Origin: Octopus sinensis
Taxonomy: Eukaryota
Length of the DNA: 64,000 nucleotides
Assembly (NCBI RefSeq): GCF_006345805.1
Contig: NC_043002.1
Coordinates: 53,196,001 to 53,260,000, forward strand
Direction: 5' to 3'
Shown here: positions 37,861 through 52,310 of the stretch, piece after piece
Layout: each line of letters begins with the position of its first letter
Numbering within the stretch: the first letter of the stretch is position 1
Notes under the pieces: generated by a model
Seen by the model: the letters and a program-made list of their open reading frames with translations, nothing else
What the model was told of the DNA's origin: nothing
Databases searched by the model: none
Position numbers and translations under genes: made by a program

Positions 37861-38907
37861 AATGTTTCTATATCGTGAGAAGCAAGATTTTTCAAAATTA
37901 ATTCAAATAAAGGCAGTGTATTTCATTTATATGAATTCTGTAGTAGTGGTGAGAATAACAGAATAGACGCTATTAGGGATCAGGTATAGAAGGAACAGGG
38001 AAAAAGGAAGGAATTAATATTGGGAGTGAGAAAAGGAGGGACTGAATGGTGAAGGTGATAAGGTGGGTTATATAGGGGCGTCTGGAGCTATACCACATTA
38101 TAAACTCGAGTTTGGAGGGAAGGCGTGAAGGATGGAGAATATGAACAAGAGAAATAGATGCGGGTAGTGAGGAACCAGAATGAGTCATCGATGTAAGAAA
38201 GGTGAGTTGTTTGGCGGGGTAGGATAGATATACAAAGATAAGAGAGTGTTGAGGTGATAGAGGAGCTGTGCAGAGAAGAGGGTGACAGAAAAGAAGACAG
38301 AGTGGATGGAACAGCGGATAAGAACATTGAGAGAAAGAGAGTGAAAGAGAGGCTAGAGAGTAAGACAGAAGTAAGAGTGAAGAGTAGAATGTGAATATAC
38401 AGAATGCATTCCAGATGGAGAAACTATGGAAATAGGAGAGGACAGTGACATAAAAAAAAAGGCAGATGGGAGCAGTAGATGAATGTAGCAATGGGAGTGA
38501 GCAAAGAAAAAAAGTATTGGAGAGCAACTTAGAAGTGGAGTTCAGTGTATGGTAAATGCTGTGAGAGCAGTTACATGAGAAAATTAGGATTAGGGTTGGG
38601 GAAGAGGGTGCCATAGATGTGGAGGAAGCAGAAGACGAAAACAGTAAAGTTTCCTAATTCAGGCAGGCTGAGGAGAGGAGACAATGAAAGAGAAAGACGT
38701 GAGAGCAGAGTGAATGTATTGAAAGAGAAAAGAGGACCGTAAAGGAAAAGAAAGAAGGAGCAATGGTAAATTGCAGCAAGAGCATCCCAGCCATTGTGTA
38801 TGTGTGTATGTGTGTGTGCGTGCGTATGCGCACGTGTACGTAAGTGTGTGCATGCAGGCACACGCGTGCGTATGTATGTTTGTATATGCAAGTATGTATG
38901 TAAGTAT

Positions 38908-38958
<51 letters not shown>

Positions 38959-39146
38959 ATATTAATAAAAAATAAAGAAAGCGTAATTAAAATTTTAAGC
39001 TTTATGAAACATATACGCATTTCAGGTAAATCAACTGAAAAGATTATACTATTGTTTGGAAAAATGACATAGATTTATAGTTCTCAGTGAAAAATATAAA
39101 ATATAAATATAGAGTTAAGTTTGCTCAATATACATACATACATGCA

Positions 39147-39216
<70 letters not shown>

Positions 39217-39276
39217 ATATATATATATGTATTACCTACTTACACACACACGCATATATATATATATATATATAAA

Positions 39277-39461
39277 GTTAATCCAAACATGAAAGCACAA
39301 AAAACCACAAGAACGCGAGGACGTGGAACAAATATAGTATTATTGGACGCTCTGGAAAGAAGGAAAGAAGGAGTATTTAACGTTTCGAGCGGAGCTCTTC
39401 GTCGGAAACATGGGAGAAGGAAAGATCCAGAGAAGGGAAGACAGAGGAAAAAAATCGCCAA
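39277..39461 (-). mobile_element. ~200-bp (TA)n-anchored element with hammerhead-like motif
   Basis: Same element at 46107 and 46707; minus strand CCGACGA-A-GAGC-UCC-GCUC-GAAACGUU. Confidence 0.75.
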
Positions 39462-40015
39462 CATATATATATTTAGACACGCATACACACTCGTACACAC
39501 TTAAAATTCTATAGAACCTATGTTGCGGGTTAAAGATTCTCTTGAGAAACCGGAAAAAGATCCGGGCGACGTTAGTTTTTACGCAAGAGGAGACGAGTGA
39601 GCTGTACTATATCACCTGCCTCTTTTCACAACGCAAGAGGTCAGGAATCCTGAGTGTTATCGCAGTGTCGACTAAGTTTAGGGTTCTGGGCTGCTCTCCA
39701 TATGGACCTAGAGCTGATTAAAAAAATATTTAACTAGTAATTTTTAATTTAAACGTGTTCAAAACTTGAAACTCGACCAAGAATTCTTTTAAAAGAAATT
39801 TTAATATATACATGCATATTGTCTGATTCGCAAATCTGACAGCGAATCGATTGATCTGTATATGGTTTGGTCTGAAGATTTGGGAAATTATTGCATAATC
39901 TTATAGATGTCACATATCTTAAACAACTGCATATACGATGTATCGTCACAATAAACTCTCTTAATGATTCAGTGTAGCAATGCAATATAATCTATTCGTA
40001 TGGTTTTATCATTTA

Positions 40016-40398
40016 CTAGCAGTATCACCCGGCGTTGCTCGGGTTTGTAAGGGAAATAACTATAAAGCATTTTTAGAGATTTATAGCCAAAAAATAGCAA
40101 AAAAATGGGAAAAAAATTATGGTAAATTTTTTTTAGGGTTAAAAAGGTCGAGTTGCGTCCCCTAGACAGTCTGTGGTTTGTGTTTCTGATTCTCGACCCC
40201 ATGTCGAATTTATCGATTTTTTTCAGAACTGGGGGAACTTTTCAAAATTTTCGCTGCGTTAGATTTGAATTATGACATTGGGCTATGTGTGTATCAAGTT
40301 TCATCAGAATCGGTTGAAAGCCGTGGTCAGGGTGAGGGTACAACCGAACAGACGCACAGACACACACACAGACAAACTGCCGTTTATATAGAGAGAGA
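40016..40398 (-). mobile_element. Non-autonomous Helitron
   Basis: Minus strand A|TC...CCCGAGCAACGCCGGG...CTAG|T; same 3' hairpin as 36418-36445. Confidence 0.85.
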
Positions 40399-40489
40399 TG
40401 CATGCATATTTGTATATATTTACATACACACACAGATCACATACACACACATACACACGCACGCACGTATACTTATGCGTATATACACA

Positions 40490-40645
40490 TTCTCTCCTTG
40501 TTTTTTCTGTGTCCCTTTCTATAGAAGAGCGTAGGCTCGAAATGTAAAATACTTTTTCTATTCCTGAGCGTTATACTAATACATCTGTTTGTTTTGTACA
40601 CCACCTGTCTTCGTTTTTGTTTTTTTTTTCGTAAACTCTCCCTAT
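40490..40645 (+). mobile_element. Related HHR-like short element, degenerate
   Basis: CTATAGAAGAGCGTAGGCTCGAAATGT followed by TTCCTGAGCG. Confidence 0.5.
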
Positions 40646-42074
40646 GTATATATATTTATGTATATAAGCATATATGTTTAAATATATATGTATATTTATG
40701 CGTACATGCGTATACAAATGCATATATTTATGTGTATACATATGTATATGCATACACACACAGGCAGGCATGCGCGCACAGAGACAGGCCCTCCCCCATT
40801 CATGCTCATTATTTTAACAATTTGACTCAGAATCTAATTACTGAATTTTTGACAAACATGAGAACGTCACTGCTGATCGTTCATACGATTGTTGGTGCAA
40901 GAGTGTCTTTGTCTTTTCCGTGGAACTTGGAGTATTGCTGTTTTGGTTAATAAAATGTAAATAAATATAAACTTCACTAAATAAATATGAACTTCACGAA
41001 ACGTGCTCAGATTTGTTGACTACTCTTTTCTTTCGTTTGTATAACTAGTTCTGTCTCTCGTTTTCTCTCTCTTTATTTGTCTCTTCCTTTCTTTTATCTC
41101 TTCTCCTACACACACACGTACACACACACACACATACACTCACACACACACATGAGAAATGGTTACAAAAGAAAACTCCCAAGCTAAATTTCTTTTTACA
41201 TTTTACAGTTGACCTATAAAATGGAACTAAATGCAGAGGCCATAAAAAAAAGTCATTAAAAAATTTCCTGAGATTCCTTGCAAGTACCATTTCACATGTT
41301 ATTGAACGCAAATAATTTCGAAAACATTTTTTTTTTACTTTGCACCATTAAATTCAATATGATTTTCATGAGAAAATTCTTATCTGTATGCCTTTGTTCT
41401 CCAAAAACGATTTGTTCACTAAAATAGCTTAATCTGATGCAAAAATCTTTCTGTATATTTTCATTAAAAATCTCTCTAAGCTGGATTTTTTTTCTCTAAA
41501 TGAACATCAAATACGAATTTTTCTGATTTTCTTAAACAATATCTAAAAACAATTTCTGATATTGTTTAATATATATAAATAGGTATGAAAATATTGAACA
41601 TTTAAAAACTATTTTTGTACAGTTGGCTGTGTATGCCTTTTAATGATACAAGATGCGAACAAAATTTTACTAAAAACAAAAACCCCCCCAAAAAAACAAA
41701 ACAAAAAACAAATTAAGAGAAACAATTTCATTCCAGTTTTGTTTTTCGAAATTATGATCGTCTAGTAGATAGGCTTATACAATAATAGTAATTATCTAAA
41801 AAATATTTTCCTTACTATTTCCCGACTTACAATTCATATTTAGAACGTACTCGCAAACGAATTTGTATAACATGCTAAAACTATTTTTGAGGCGAACGCG
41901 ATGCTTGACAGCAGAAGAATAGAGCTTGTCTAAAATACAGTCGTGGAATTTATTATACATTGAATAACCACAAAAATGAAAAAAAGCTTAGAAAACTTAT
42001 GCAAGTGCAAAGAACTTAGTGAGTTCATATTCCGCTCTATAAAAACTAACGTATGAAAAGATCATATTTTAGCC

Positions 42075-42140
<66 letters not shown>

Positions 42141-42623
42141 CCCCAATATACGTAGTTCTCATTTGGTTTTACAACCTGTGTAAAAACATGCTTTTTATAA
42201 ATTAGTTGCAGCCCATTGAGCTAATTAGTGCAGCCCATTGAGAAGACAAGTCGATCTATGAGAATAAAATTGTTGTAAATTCCCAACATTGCACTTAAAA
42301 GATTAGATTTGATACAAATCATAGAATATGTGAAGATACACAGTCTAGTTAAATACCAAGTAAGACGCTCAAAGAAATACTTAATACGTACAAAACTAAT
42401 TATATCAATTTGATTAAGCAATCGCGCACTAAACACTATATATGAAAATTGTTATCTATGTGGCATAATTATTTTATGATCCCGTGTCCAACAAAGAGGG
42501 AAAATTGTTACACACATACACACGCATGCATATATATATATATATATATACATGTATGTATGTATGTATGTATGTATGTATGTATGTATGTATGTATGTA
42601 TGTATGTATATATACATACATAC

Positions 42624-42699
<76 letters not shown>

Positions 42700-42703
<4 letters not shown>

Positions 42704-43160
42704 ATTATTATTATGGCTGCCCCCTCGTTATCGAGTATGGCCATTGCACGAAGCTTAACTGTTATTGGCGCTGTGATCGAATGTGACATTTTAGCCCAGC
42801 TAAAGATCTACAATGTCTTGTACAAAATTGGCAACTAAAACCTTTACTGGTAATAGCCGGCTGCAGTTGTAACTGGGCTTCATGTACCTTTGCATGTCGT
42901 TTAAGTCCTCCTGCTGAATTACACTCTCTTCCACATGCCCGACAGATATGATTAGTATGGTGTGTTACACCACCACCAGGGGCCAGGTTGTCACTCATCT
43001 GTCTCGTTTATAACTACGAAGATGACTCTTGAGTCCAACTTTACTGAGGCAGGGTCTTGCACAGACATTGCATGTAAGCATCAAAGGAAGACCCTTCCCT
43101 TCTGGAAGTGTAACAGCGATGCCCTTCCTGACATCCCTCCTTACTTTCTCATGTGCAACA
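42700..43160 (-). mobile_element. RTE-like LINE 3' end with C-terminal zinc-finger-like motifs and (AAT)n tail
   Basis: [61 protein letters not shown]; short 3' UTR then ATAATAATAAT. Confidence 0.7.
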
Positions 43161-43427
43161 TATATATATATATACACACACATATTTATGTATGTTTATA
43201 TTTATATAAAAAAACATCAGTTCTTTCCCAGGCCATAGGCTCATAAGGCCAGTTCTTAGCACTTCATGCATATTCCCATTTGAGTGAAGAGAGATCCTGG
43301 AGATTGATTTGTCTACCTATCAATCTACAAATGGGAATATCATAGAGTACAAGACAAAAACAGGAGAGATTTTTTTAATAAAATGTTTAGTTACATCTTC
43401 TCGCATTTCATTAATAAATAATGATTA

Positions 43428-45180
43428 CACTGGGCAATAAAAACATTTTCTTTTGTTTGGTGCCTGCTAAATTCAAAAATAACTTCAGTTTTTCTCTATC
43501 AGATCTAGTTTTCTGACTAAACCTGATAGAGTAAGTATTTTATTCACACAAGAGGCAGATAATATGAATCAATAAAGAGAGCATAACACAAAACAAAACA
43601 AAGTACAAATAAAAATTCAAAATTGAAAATGCGTATGTATTAGCAAAAACTTTTGGCAGAAAAATTAAGAGATAAATTTACGCTTCTTTGTGCACCGTGA
43701 ATTTTGAGCAACGGAAGTTTCTCGTTTTAAACACCAGCAATAGTCTGCCATCATCACAGAACCCCAATGTCCTTAGTACCGAGTTTCCATCTCCTTGATG
43801 TCCTGATGGAATCGTTCACCTCGTTCATCGCTAACAGCTCCGAGATTTTCAGGAAAACAATCAAGATGACTAAAAAGATAATGCATTTTGATGCTCATAT
43901 TCGCACCATTATCTCGGAAAGTTGATTTCAAGTTGGTGACAAGATCTTTATTAGTTTTCACTTTTGTGTTTCCCGAGGAAATTTTGCACTACTTCTGCAA
44001 ACGCTAGCCAAGCTGATGCTTCATTTTCGCTTATCGTTTTCACGAAATTTGTGTCCTTCGAGAGCTAACGGATCTGTGGTCCATCAAAATCCCTGCTTTA
44101 TGTCTTTCAATAATCAATTCTGGAAATACACTGCAGATATACTTGAAGTACTCTTCATTTTTGTCAAGAGCTTTGACGAATTGCTTGATCAATCCGAGTT
44201 TGAAGTGCAAAGGGGGAAATGATCTTATTTCGCTCAACTAAAGGTTCTTTGAATATATTGACAGCTCAACATGGGGTCATATTTGTTCGAGGCGGTCAGG
44301 CTTTCTTAAAATATTTGTTTACCCGACCTCTACTGTCCCACGTGCGAAGAAAGCATGGGTATTTGGTATAATCAGATTGCTACCCCATGAGAAAATCCAC
44401 CATTTTTATGATCACGATACAGTATCTTCTTTAAAACCGACCCAATTTCTTCATATTTTCCCTTCAGAGTTGATGAGTGGCCGAGTGAGACAGAGCCAAA
44501 CACGTTTCCGTTGTGCAGTGGTAGGCATTTTAAGCTACGCTTAGAGCTGTCTATGAAAAAACACCATTCCTCTTGTTTATATTCCTCAATGCCAAGTTTA
44601 TTAAGAATCCCACTGACATCTCTGCAGTTAACCAGCTCTTCCGCTTTTGTGAAGAAAGAAAGGAACTCTTCATACCGAATCTAATAATAGGTTGTACGGA
44701 CACCATTTCCTAGAAGATTCTTCTCTTTTAGTCGGGAAGCCAACAGTTCTTCTGAATTTTTTTGGAGGTTCAAGTCACGAACTTGATCATTCAGCTCTAC
44801 CTGGGAGAATAGCTGAGGCAAAGTCTCAACTGAAAAGTCTTGATATCTAGTGTCATCTTCAGGTGATGAATCTTCTTTCGTTGAATGTAAGATTATCTGA
44901 GGCAAGACATTGAAGACAGGAACAAGAAGCTCTTCATTGTGTGGAACCCGTCTAATAGCAAAGGCAAGATTAGAATAGACAAGCGTTTGTTGGTTTTTCC
45001 AGTTAATACCCTTCAAATTTAGGTTACAAAAATAGCAGCCGTCCACGTGATTATAAGGGCTCAATAACTTAAAAAATAGATTTGATAGATCAAAAAGAAG
45101 GTTATATTTGGATTCAGGAGACCGATTTTGTAGAGGAATGCTGTCTATTTCCTAAACACAAAAAACATTGTGGATCAGTG
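43428..45180 (-). mobile_element. Degenerate DDE DNA transposon (Tc1/mariner-related; family assignment tentative)
   Basis: CACTG...CAGTG termini; CYFC, FSQVELNDQVRDLNL, PPLHFKLGLIKQFVKAL, SHLDCFPENLGAVSDERGERFHQDI in broken frames. Confidence 0.75.
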
Positions 45181-46061
45181 TCATTAGTTATATAATGTAA
45201 ATTATGTAACCAAATTGTATTATCAATTCTTCGAAAATGTGTAATTTTTATGCGTAATATTACTAAAGGTTCTTACCATCAGGGGATAAACAAACTTTTG
45301 ATCATATAATTTTTTCATAATCCTGTTTTGTTTCCTGTCTATCTTTTTGTCTCTCGTTCTCTATTTTTCTGTATGTGTGTGAATGTGTATGCATGTATGT
45401 ATGTGCGCGCGAGTGTGTGTGCAAATAATTCGGCTAATGCACATGTTTAAACAAATTAAAGAAATTAGTTTCAGAATTTTAGTAGCCCTTCTGCTCTCAC
45501 AAAATTAGAGCAATGGCTAATAGATTACATGAAATAGTGACGATGAATTTATATTTCCGTATAAGGATGTGGACAGGATCAGCTGAAACAACAACAAATA
45601 AAACTCGATGCAATAGCCATATAATTCATTATCGATTTTGAAGCAACATGTAATACAATTAATTGGAAAAGCAATATTTAATAAAATAAAAGCATTAAGC
45701 TCTGAAACAGTTATCTAATCATGCAATTACAACATATTTACTTATTGCTCAGCTGTGTCTCAGGCTTTATTTCTGTATTTCTTGTCACGCTGAAAATTGG
45801 ATCCATTTACCGAATTCATTAGGCTATTTGTTACTAAATCTATAATTGACGGCTTTTTATTGAGACATAAGACAGTTTATTTTACTCGGCTTAACTATTT
45901 ATGCCTTCTTGCCATGCTTCGATAGCTTCATTCATAATTATACAAAACCGTGTGCCGTGTAGATCCAATAGTTTCTATGTTGCATGCATTTATTTCTATT
46001 TTGTCCTGTCATTTGTTTCAGTCATTAGAATACTATACTATACTGAGTTCAATCGATCATA

Positions 46062-46106
<45 letters not shown>

Positions 46107-46110
<4 letters not shown>

Positions 46111-46313
46111 ATCCAAACATGAAAACACAAAGAGAAAACACAACAACGCGAGGACGTGGAACAAATATAGTGTTATTGGACGCTCAGGAAAGGAAAGAAA
46201 GAAGGAAGATTTAACGTTTCGAGCGGAGCTCTTCGTCAGAAACATAGAAAAAAGAAAGGTCCAAGGAAGGGAAGACGGAGGAAAAAAATCGCCAGCGATG
46301 CACACACGGTCAC
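46107..46313 (-). mobile_element. ~200-bp (TA)n-anchored element with hammerhead-like motif
   Basis: Minus strand GUUU-CUGACGA-A-GAGC-UCC-GCUC-GAAACGUU-AAAU at 46209-46245. Confidence 0.75.
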
Positions 46314-46585
46314 AAACTGAAAACAAAAGCAATATAAGTCAAAAGAATGTACACTGTGAATGCTTTATGTTGACACTAGGTTTAGTGTGGAAAAATGAGT
46401 GGGTGTGAACTTTCGAGCATGTTTCTTCGTCAGAAAGAGGAAAGAAGAAAGGTCTGGAGAGAAGGGAAAAATAGTCTGAAAAAAAAAGCACGTGATACAC
46501 ATATACTCACACATACATGCGCGCACGCATACATATACGTATGTGTATGTGTATGTGTATGCATATATAGATAGAGAAACATACA

Positions 46586-46910
<325 letters not shown>

Positions 46911-46963
46911 GTATGTATGTATGTATGTATGTATGTATGTATGTATGTATGTATGTATGTATG

Positions 46964-46994
<31 letters not shown>

Positions 46995-47331
46995 GAAAAC
47001 ATACATATATATACATACATGCGAGTGTTGAGTGTTTTTATGAATCAAAATTGGTAGCATTTAGCTAAACTGCCTTCTTGGGGAAAAAAGCTTGACTGCT
47101 AAAATGCATGCTCTTTTTTTTTTGCTTTGATGTATATTTCACCGAAATAAATTCGATTTAACAAGGGTACGCTGTCTTTGCAATATTTTACCATCTTTAT
47201 TCTGATTTTGCAAATAAAGACTACGCTTCGTATCAAAATACTTTCAATTCAGTGAAGTAAGTACTGGAGCTGAACAACGGCCGTTTTAGCAGTTAAGCTA
47301 TTTTACCCATTTAGTAAAGATGTATTCTACA

Positions 47332-49390
47332 CAGTGTTGCCAACTTAAAATCAAAATTTTATGCTAAATTTCAGTAGAAGATATACAAAAAAAAAAAAAA
47401 AATGCTAAGGACTTGTTATATCAAAAAAGCTTTTTTTTTATTGACATTTTTATTTGCTTTCTTTAATTATATTCAGCGTTGAGAAATAATTTCTTGAATT
47501 TCACTGATTTCAGCTGCAGTGCCTAGGTCTTGACCTCTGTATTTATTCATGGTCCCCATCTTGTTAATTATGTGTTTTGAAATAACTAAGTTTTTGCAAC
47601 ATTTACTATATCTTTTTAGGCCATATTTTATAGACAGTATTGATCTAAGCATAGGAAGATGCATTTTGTTTTTCAATTTTGGTTTGATTACACTCATACT
47701 ACTGAGCAGCCGTGCAACTTCTGCATTTGAGTTTGGCAATGTCAATAGATTAATGGCAAAATTCGCAACACTTCTAGAATGATTTCCTCCAGTAGCATCT
47801 TTGTATTTCAAGACTTCCGGTCAGAATGCCTCAGTATTAGACGTATTTGTCCATTTAACCAAATGAATGCTATTAAACTGAATTTCAATTGAAGCAATTT
47901 TTTTCTTCATTTAAATGCATTGTTTCTAAGACAGGTAAAATTGGCTCTTTGAAATGCTGCAAAATATTCTCTACTAAAAACATTTGATATTTTTCAGTAT
48001 ATTAACATTTCCTAGCAAACGGTGCTTGAGCTCTTTATAAAGGCAGAGTAAAAATTGTGCTCTTTTGCGAATATTATTTTCTTCGGTGGCTGTTACAGTC
48101 TTCTTGATAATAATTTCTGCTATCTTTCTCTCGAACCTGTAGCCTAAATTTGGTTTAGGATCCAGAAATTTTTCAGTAGAAGCATCAAGATCAAAAGGAT
48201 CAATTCTACATGTTGGCAACACTATCATATTAGCAACAGATTTGATCAAATTTGGTAACAGGAATCATTTACTGTGGAGTTGATGCCTTATGTTTCTTTG
48301 CTTCACAGTGGCTTACTAAAAGAGAATATTTTGCCAACATATTACATCTACAATATCTGCAATGTGCTTTAGATTGGTCACTAGGTACTTCACACAACCA
48401 CTTAGTAAACGCTGGCATCTTAAACCATTCCTTTCGGAAGTTTTGCTGGTAAAACTTTGTTTTTTCTTTACTCATAATCTAGAGGGAAACAAGAAAATAA
48501 AAATATAAAATTGAAAACACAACTTATCAGTTTGCCGCTAACAATTCTTTCATTCGTCATTAACAATTCTCAAGTTTGCTGCTTACAAATTCTTGAGGTG
48601 AAGAATACTGATTCAGAATGCAGGGTGGCCAACTTATAAATGGAAAAGTAAAATCTGCAGAAATCCTAAATCTGTGTTATGATATAAACCTGAGAGCATC
48701 ATATTTCGCTTCCAATCTTACATTTAATATGTATTGGTAAACCCACAAATATATCTACAATACTTGAAAAAGAAAGTAAGTAGAAATATAAAGGGGAGAA
48801 CCCGCCATCCCCCTACTTCTATACAGGATATCTAACCCAAAACAAGCATGGAAAAACACAGGCCTATTTTAAAACAGTCAAACTGAATGTAAAGCAGTCA
48901 ACTTGTCATGATAAAAATTCATCACTACAGAATAAAACATTGTTAGAACGAATTTCTATGCTTTCACTCTTTGCAACATATTTACATATGGTGTAGCGAG
49001 TTCAGGTGCTGACATAAGTTATCTTCTCCCCTTCCTCCCACTAGCACCACTCTGTATCTAAGCCGGTGCGGGTGGGTGGAGGGCTGGAATTTTGATAAAC
49101 TTTCATTTGAAGTTTCAAGAAAGTGAAAGAAAATTTCAACAATAGCCGATAGTACTGAAATTTGGCTATAAGATACATCAACGAAAGTAGAAAAGGAGGA
49201 AAAGGAAGAAAAAAGGGTAACTATTGTGGAAATGTCATGATCAAAGAAAAATGCTAAAAAAAAAAATTCTAAATAAAATTTTAAACCTGCTATTTCCCTG
49301 CTAAATGCTAAATTCAAAAATTTTCTGCTAAATGACGAAAGAGATAAAAATGCTTGATCTAACATAAAATAAGCTAAATCGGCCACCCTG
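47332..49390 (-). mobile_element. Internally deleted hAT transposon
   Basis: Ends CAGTGTTGCCAA / TCGGCCACCCTG; N-terminal Zn finger (FRKEW...KWL...AHCRYC...H...KKH, 48269-48475) close to the C-terminal LLTLPNSNAEVARLLSSM...KLKNKM domain; flanks ATTCTACA / ATTTCTACA. Confidence 0.8.
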
Positions 49391-49562
49391 ATTTCTACAT
49401 CACTTAGAGTATACGTAGACATGCATAGGGTTTCTTTCAAAGACAATAATTTCACTTGTTAGTTCAAACGAGTATAACAATCAAGTGGAAATTGGCACAA
49501 ATGCCACATCTACAATGATGATCGTGCCTGTTGGCTCATACACGCACAGAAGGGTAAAGGGT

Positions 49563-49895
49563 AAAGAAAGTGCATGGCTCAGTGGTTAGAGCATTGGGCT
49601 CACAATCATGAGGTTGTGAGTTCGATTCCGGGACCGAGCTGTGTGTCGTGTTCTTGAGCAAGACACTTTATTTCACATTGTGCAGTTCACTTAGCTGTAG
49701 GACTGAGTTGCGATGTCACTGGTGCCAAGCTGTACCGGCCTTTGTTTTTCCGTTGGATAACATCGGTGGCGTGGAGAGGGGATGCGGGTGTCCATGGGCG
49801 ACTGCTGATCTTCCATAAACAACCTTTCCCGGACTTGTGCCTAGGAGGGGAACTTTCTAGGTGCAATCTCATGGTCATTCATGACCGAAGGGGCT
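49563..49895 (+). mobile_element. SINE family A
   Basis: A and B boxes, central domain. Confidence 0.85.
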
Positions 49896-50284
49896 CACAC
49901 ATGTATAGCATAACTTAAAACTGCTTCCTAAGGACTAACCTTTCTCTAGAGAGCCAGAAAATACTTCAACCCTATTCAGTTACTGACCCTCTTTAAATTT
50001 TAAAATTCTCAATATAATATTGATCCTATATCTAGCACAGTGTTACTGCAATGCAACACAGGATTCGGAGACTATATCCGACGAAGACCATCCGACTGAG
50101 TCACACGTAAACAAACAATATCTACTAGTGCACAGACGTACTATCTCTTCTTTTTCCATCGTCTATTCCTACAACTGCCCTGCTTCTCCGAAACAGCTAA
50201 TTACATACATCATTCGACACATTCACCTCTCATTATCACACACCATAATATATTCACTGCTCAGATCCCTTACTAATCATTATA

Positions 50285-50515
50285 TATTTCTTTACTGCCC
50301 ACAAGGGGCTAAACACAGAGAGGACAAACAAGGACAGACAAAGGGATTAAGTCGATTACATCGACCCCAGTGCGTAACTGATACTTTATTTATCGACCCC
50401 GAAAGGATGAAAGGCAAAGTCGACCTCGGCGGAATTTTGAACTCAGAACGTAGCGGCAGACGAAATACGGCTACGCATTTCGCCCGGCGTGCTAACGTTT
50501 CTGCCAGCTCACCGT
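50285..50515 (-). mobile_element. SINE family C with target-site duplication
   Basis: Flanked by TACTAATCATTATA on both sides. Confidence 0.85.
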
Positions 50516-51419
50516 ACTAATCATTATAGCCAATCCTTTCTTACCAGGGCGTCACACATCTGGTCTATCCGGCAGCAATGCTTTACAGATGACAGATTCT
50601 GGAGGTGAATATAAATCACATCAAACATAAATCTCAGGACGAGGAGTGTGGAGGTCAAGGGATCAACTCCATCTTTTAATTAAGCAGACGAAGAGACAAT
50701 CCTGGAATGGCTAAATTCCTCTTTTGGCAACATAGGCCATCATCAGCTTCTTGGTCTGTATTTCTTTTGAGAAACAACAACAAAAAAAAAAGAAAAATGA
50801 AAAGAAAAAGTGATGCAAATATTTAAAATTTCACCAAGGTATTTGGAGAAGACATCTTGATGTCTACTAATTATTTTGCCAAAAATAAAGATAAAACGTT
50901 GATAAGAGATAATAGTAATTAATTAATTAATTAATTTATGTATACGTTTATTTACTTGTTCTATTCTTTTCTCTATTTACGTTGAAACTGCTGGTCTCAG
51001 CGCATCTTGGATTTAATGCTTTCGTCATTTGGCTGTTGTTAGTAGTGAGAGGATAAGAGGAGATAAGCTAGAAGGCTTGCTTTCTGGATTCAACTTTGGG
51101 TAATAATGCATTCTTATGTTATCTCTAAAGATAGACATGTAACCTTTTTATAATATATGGAGAATAAGCAATGGTGTAGGGTAAGGTTATTTAGATAAGT
51201 ACACCGTGGTATTTCTGCATTGATTAAGAGATAAGAAAAAAAAGCGCAAATAGAGAGAGGAGGATGAGGAGCGAGGGAAGGAGAAAGAGAAGGGAGAGAG
51301 GGGAAGGAGAGGAGGAGTGAAGGAAGGCGAGAGAGAAGAGAGAGACAAAAACGAAAAATATACAACAAAAAAGAAAAAAAAGAAACAACTGGAATTTAAA
51401 TTTAAAGAGAACATTTTAC

Positions 51420-51855
51420 GGATCTATTCGGTTTGAACGGCAGTTTTTTCTAGCGGTGACATGTGAAATTGCCACCCGTAATTATGACCCTAGTATCGAT
51501 CTATTGCATTTCAATCTATTTTAGGGTTAGAGTTAGGGTTAGTTAGGGTTAGGGTTAGGGGTGGGAGAAGGGTATCTTTTTTTCTTCAGAAATGTAAATA
51601 AACCCAATCTGTTTCTTAAACGAGGGACATTTTCATACGGCACAGAATGTTTTCACCTCAATAGACGTCACCGATTGGTTGAAATTGCAGAAATTGAAGA
51701 AAAAAACAACAAATATCTTACAAACTATAGAATTTTCTCAATAAAGCCAAGAGAAAAATATGTTTTATAAACACATTCTACCAGTATACGAAGTTTAAAA
51801 GTGTTTAGTTACGCGGAAATTATTTTAGAAACTGCCGTTCAAACCGAAAAGATCC
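51420..51855. mobile_element. MITE with ~28-bp TIRs and internal TTAGGG repeats
   Basis: GGATCT(A/T)TTCGGTTTGAACGGCAGTTT TIR; flanks CATTTTAC / CATTTTAT suggest an 8-bp TSD (Merlin-like, tentative). Confidence 0.8.
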
Positions 51856-52268
51856 CATTTTATTTTGTTGAGGTAAGCTTTGGTCGAGTAAACGCGAGAT
51901 CAAATTATTTCTTCCTACTTTTTTCGAGTCGACAGGCCCATTACACCGAAACTTATTCCTGATTCCATGGCGTTGAAATAACTGAAAGTACAAACCTCCT
52001 CCTACCGTTTCCGGTATAGAATGGGATGCCAATTGTATTGTTTGTTTCCTAGCTGCTGGTGTGAATTATTTTTAGTCGAGTGTGGACTGAAGCAATATGA
52101 AATAAAGTGTTTTGGCCAAGGTTACAACACGTCCTAAAATCGAACCCACTATCTAAAGATCGTAAACCTGTTAGTCGAACCACTACGTCACGCACCTTCA
52201 CGTGTTCCAGTCACGACTATGTGCAAATAGACCTCGTGGAAAACCACAGAGATAAAAACTGAATAACG

Positions 52269-52310
52269 ACTCAACTAGTTTCATCTGGTCATTACCGGTT
52301 CATCAGGAGT
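52269..52310 (-). ncRNA. Minimal type I hammerhead motif (PLE-type)
   Basis: ACUC-CUGAUGA-ACCGGU-AAUG-ACCAGAU-GAA-A-CUAG-U-U-GAGU. Confidence 0.55.

Noticed and set aside
37973-38614. 213-aa minus-strand ORF
   Set aside because: Low-complexity pyrimidine-rich sequence; at most a very decayed LINE (KLEFIMW), with no gene evidence.
51521-51562. Telomere or chromosome fusion site
   Set aside because: The short TTAGGG tract is internal to a TIR-bounded MITE.
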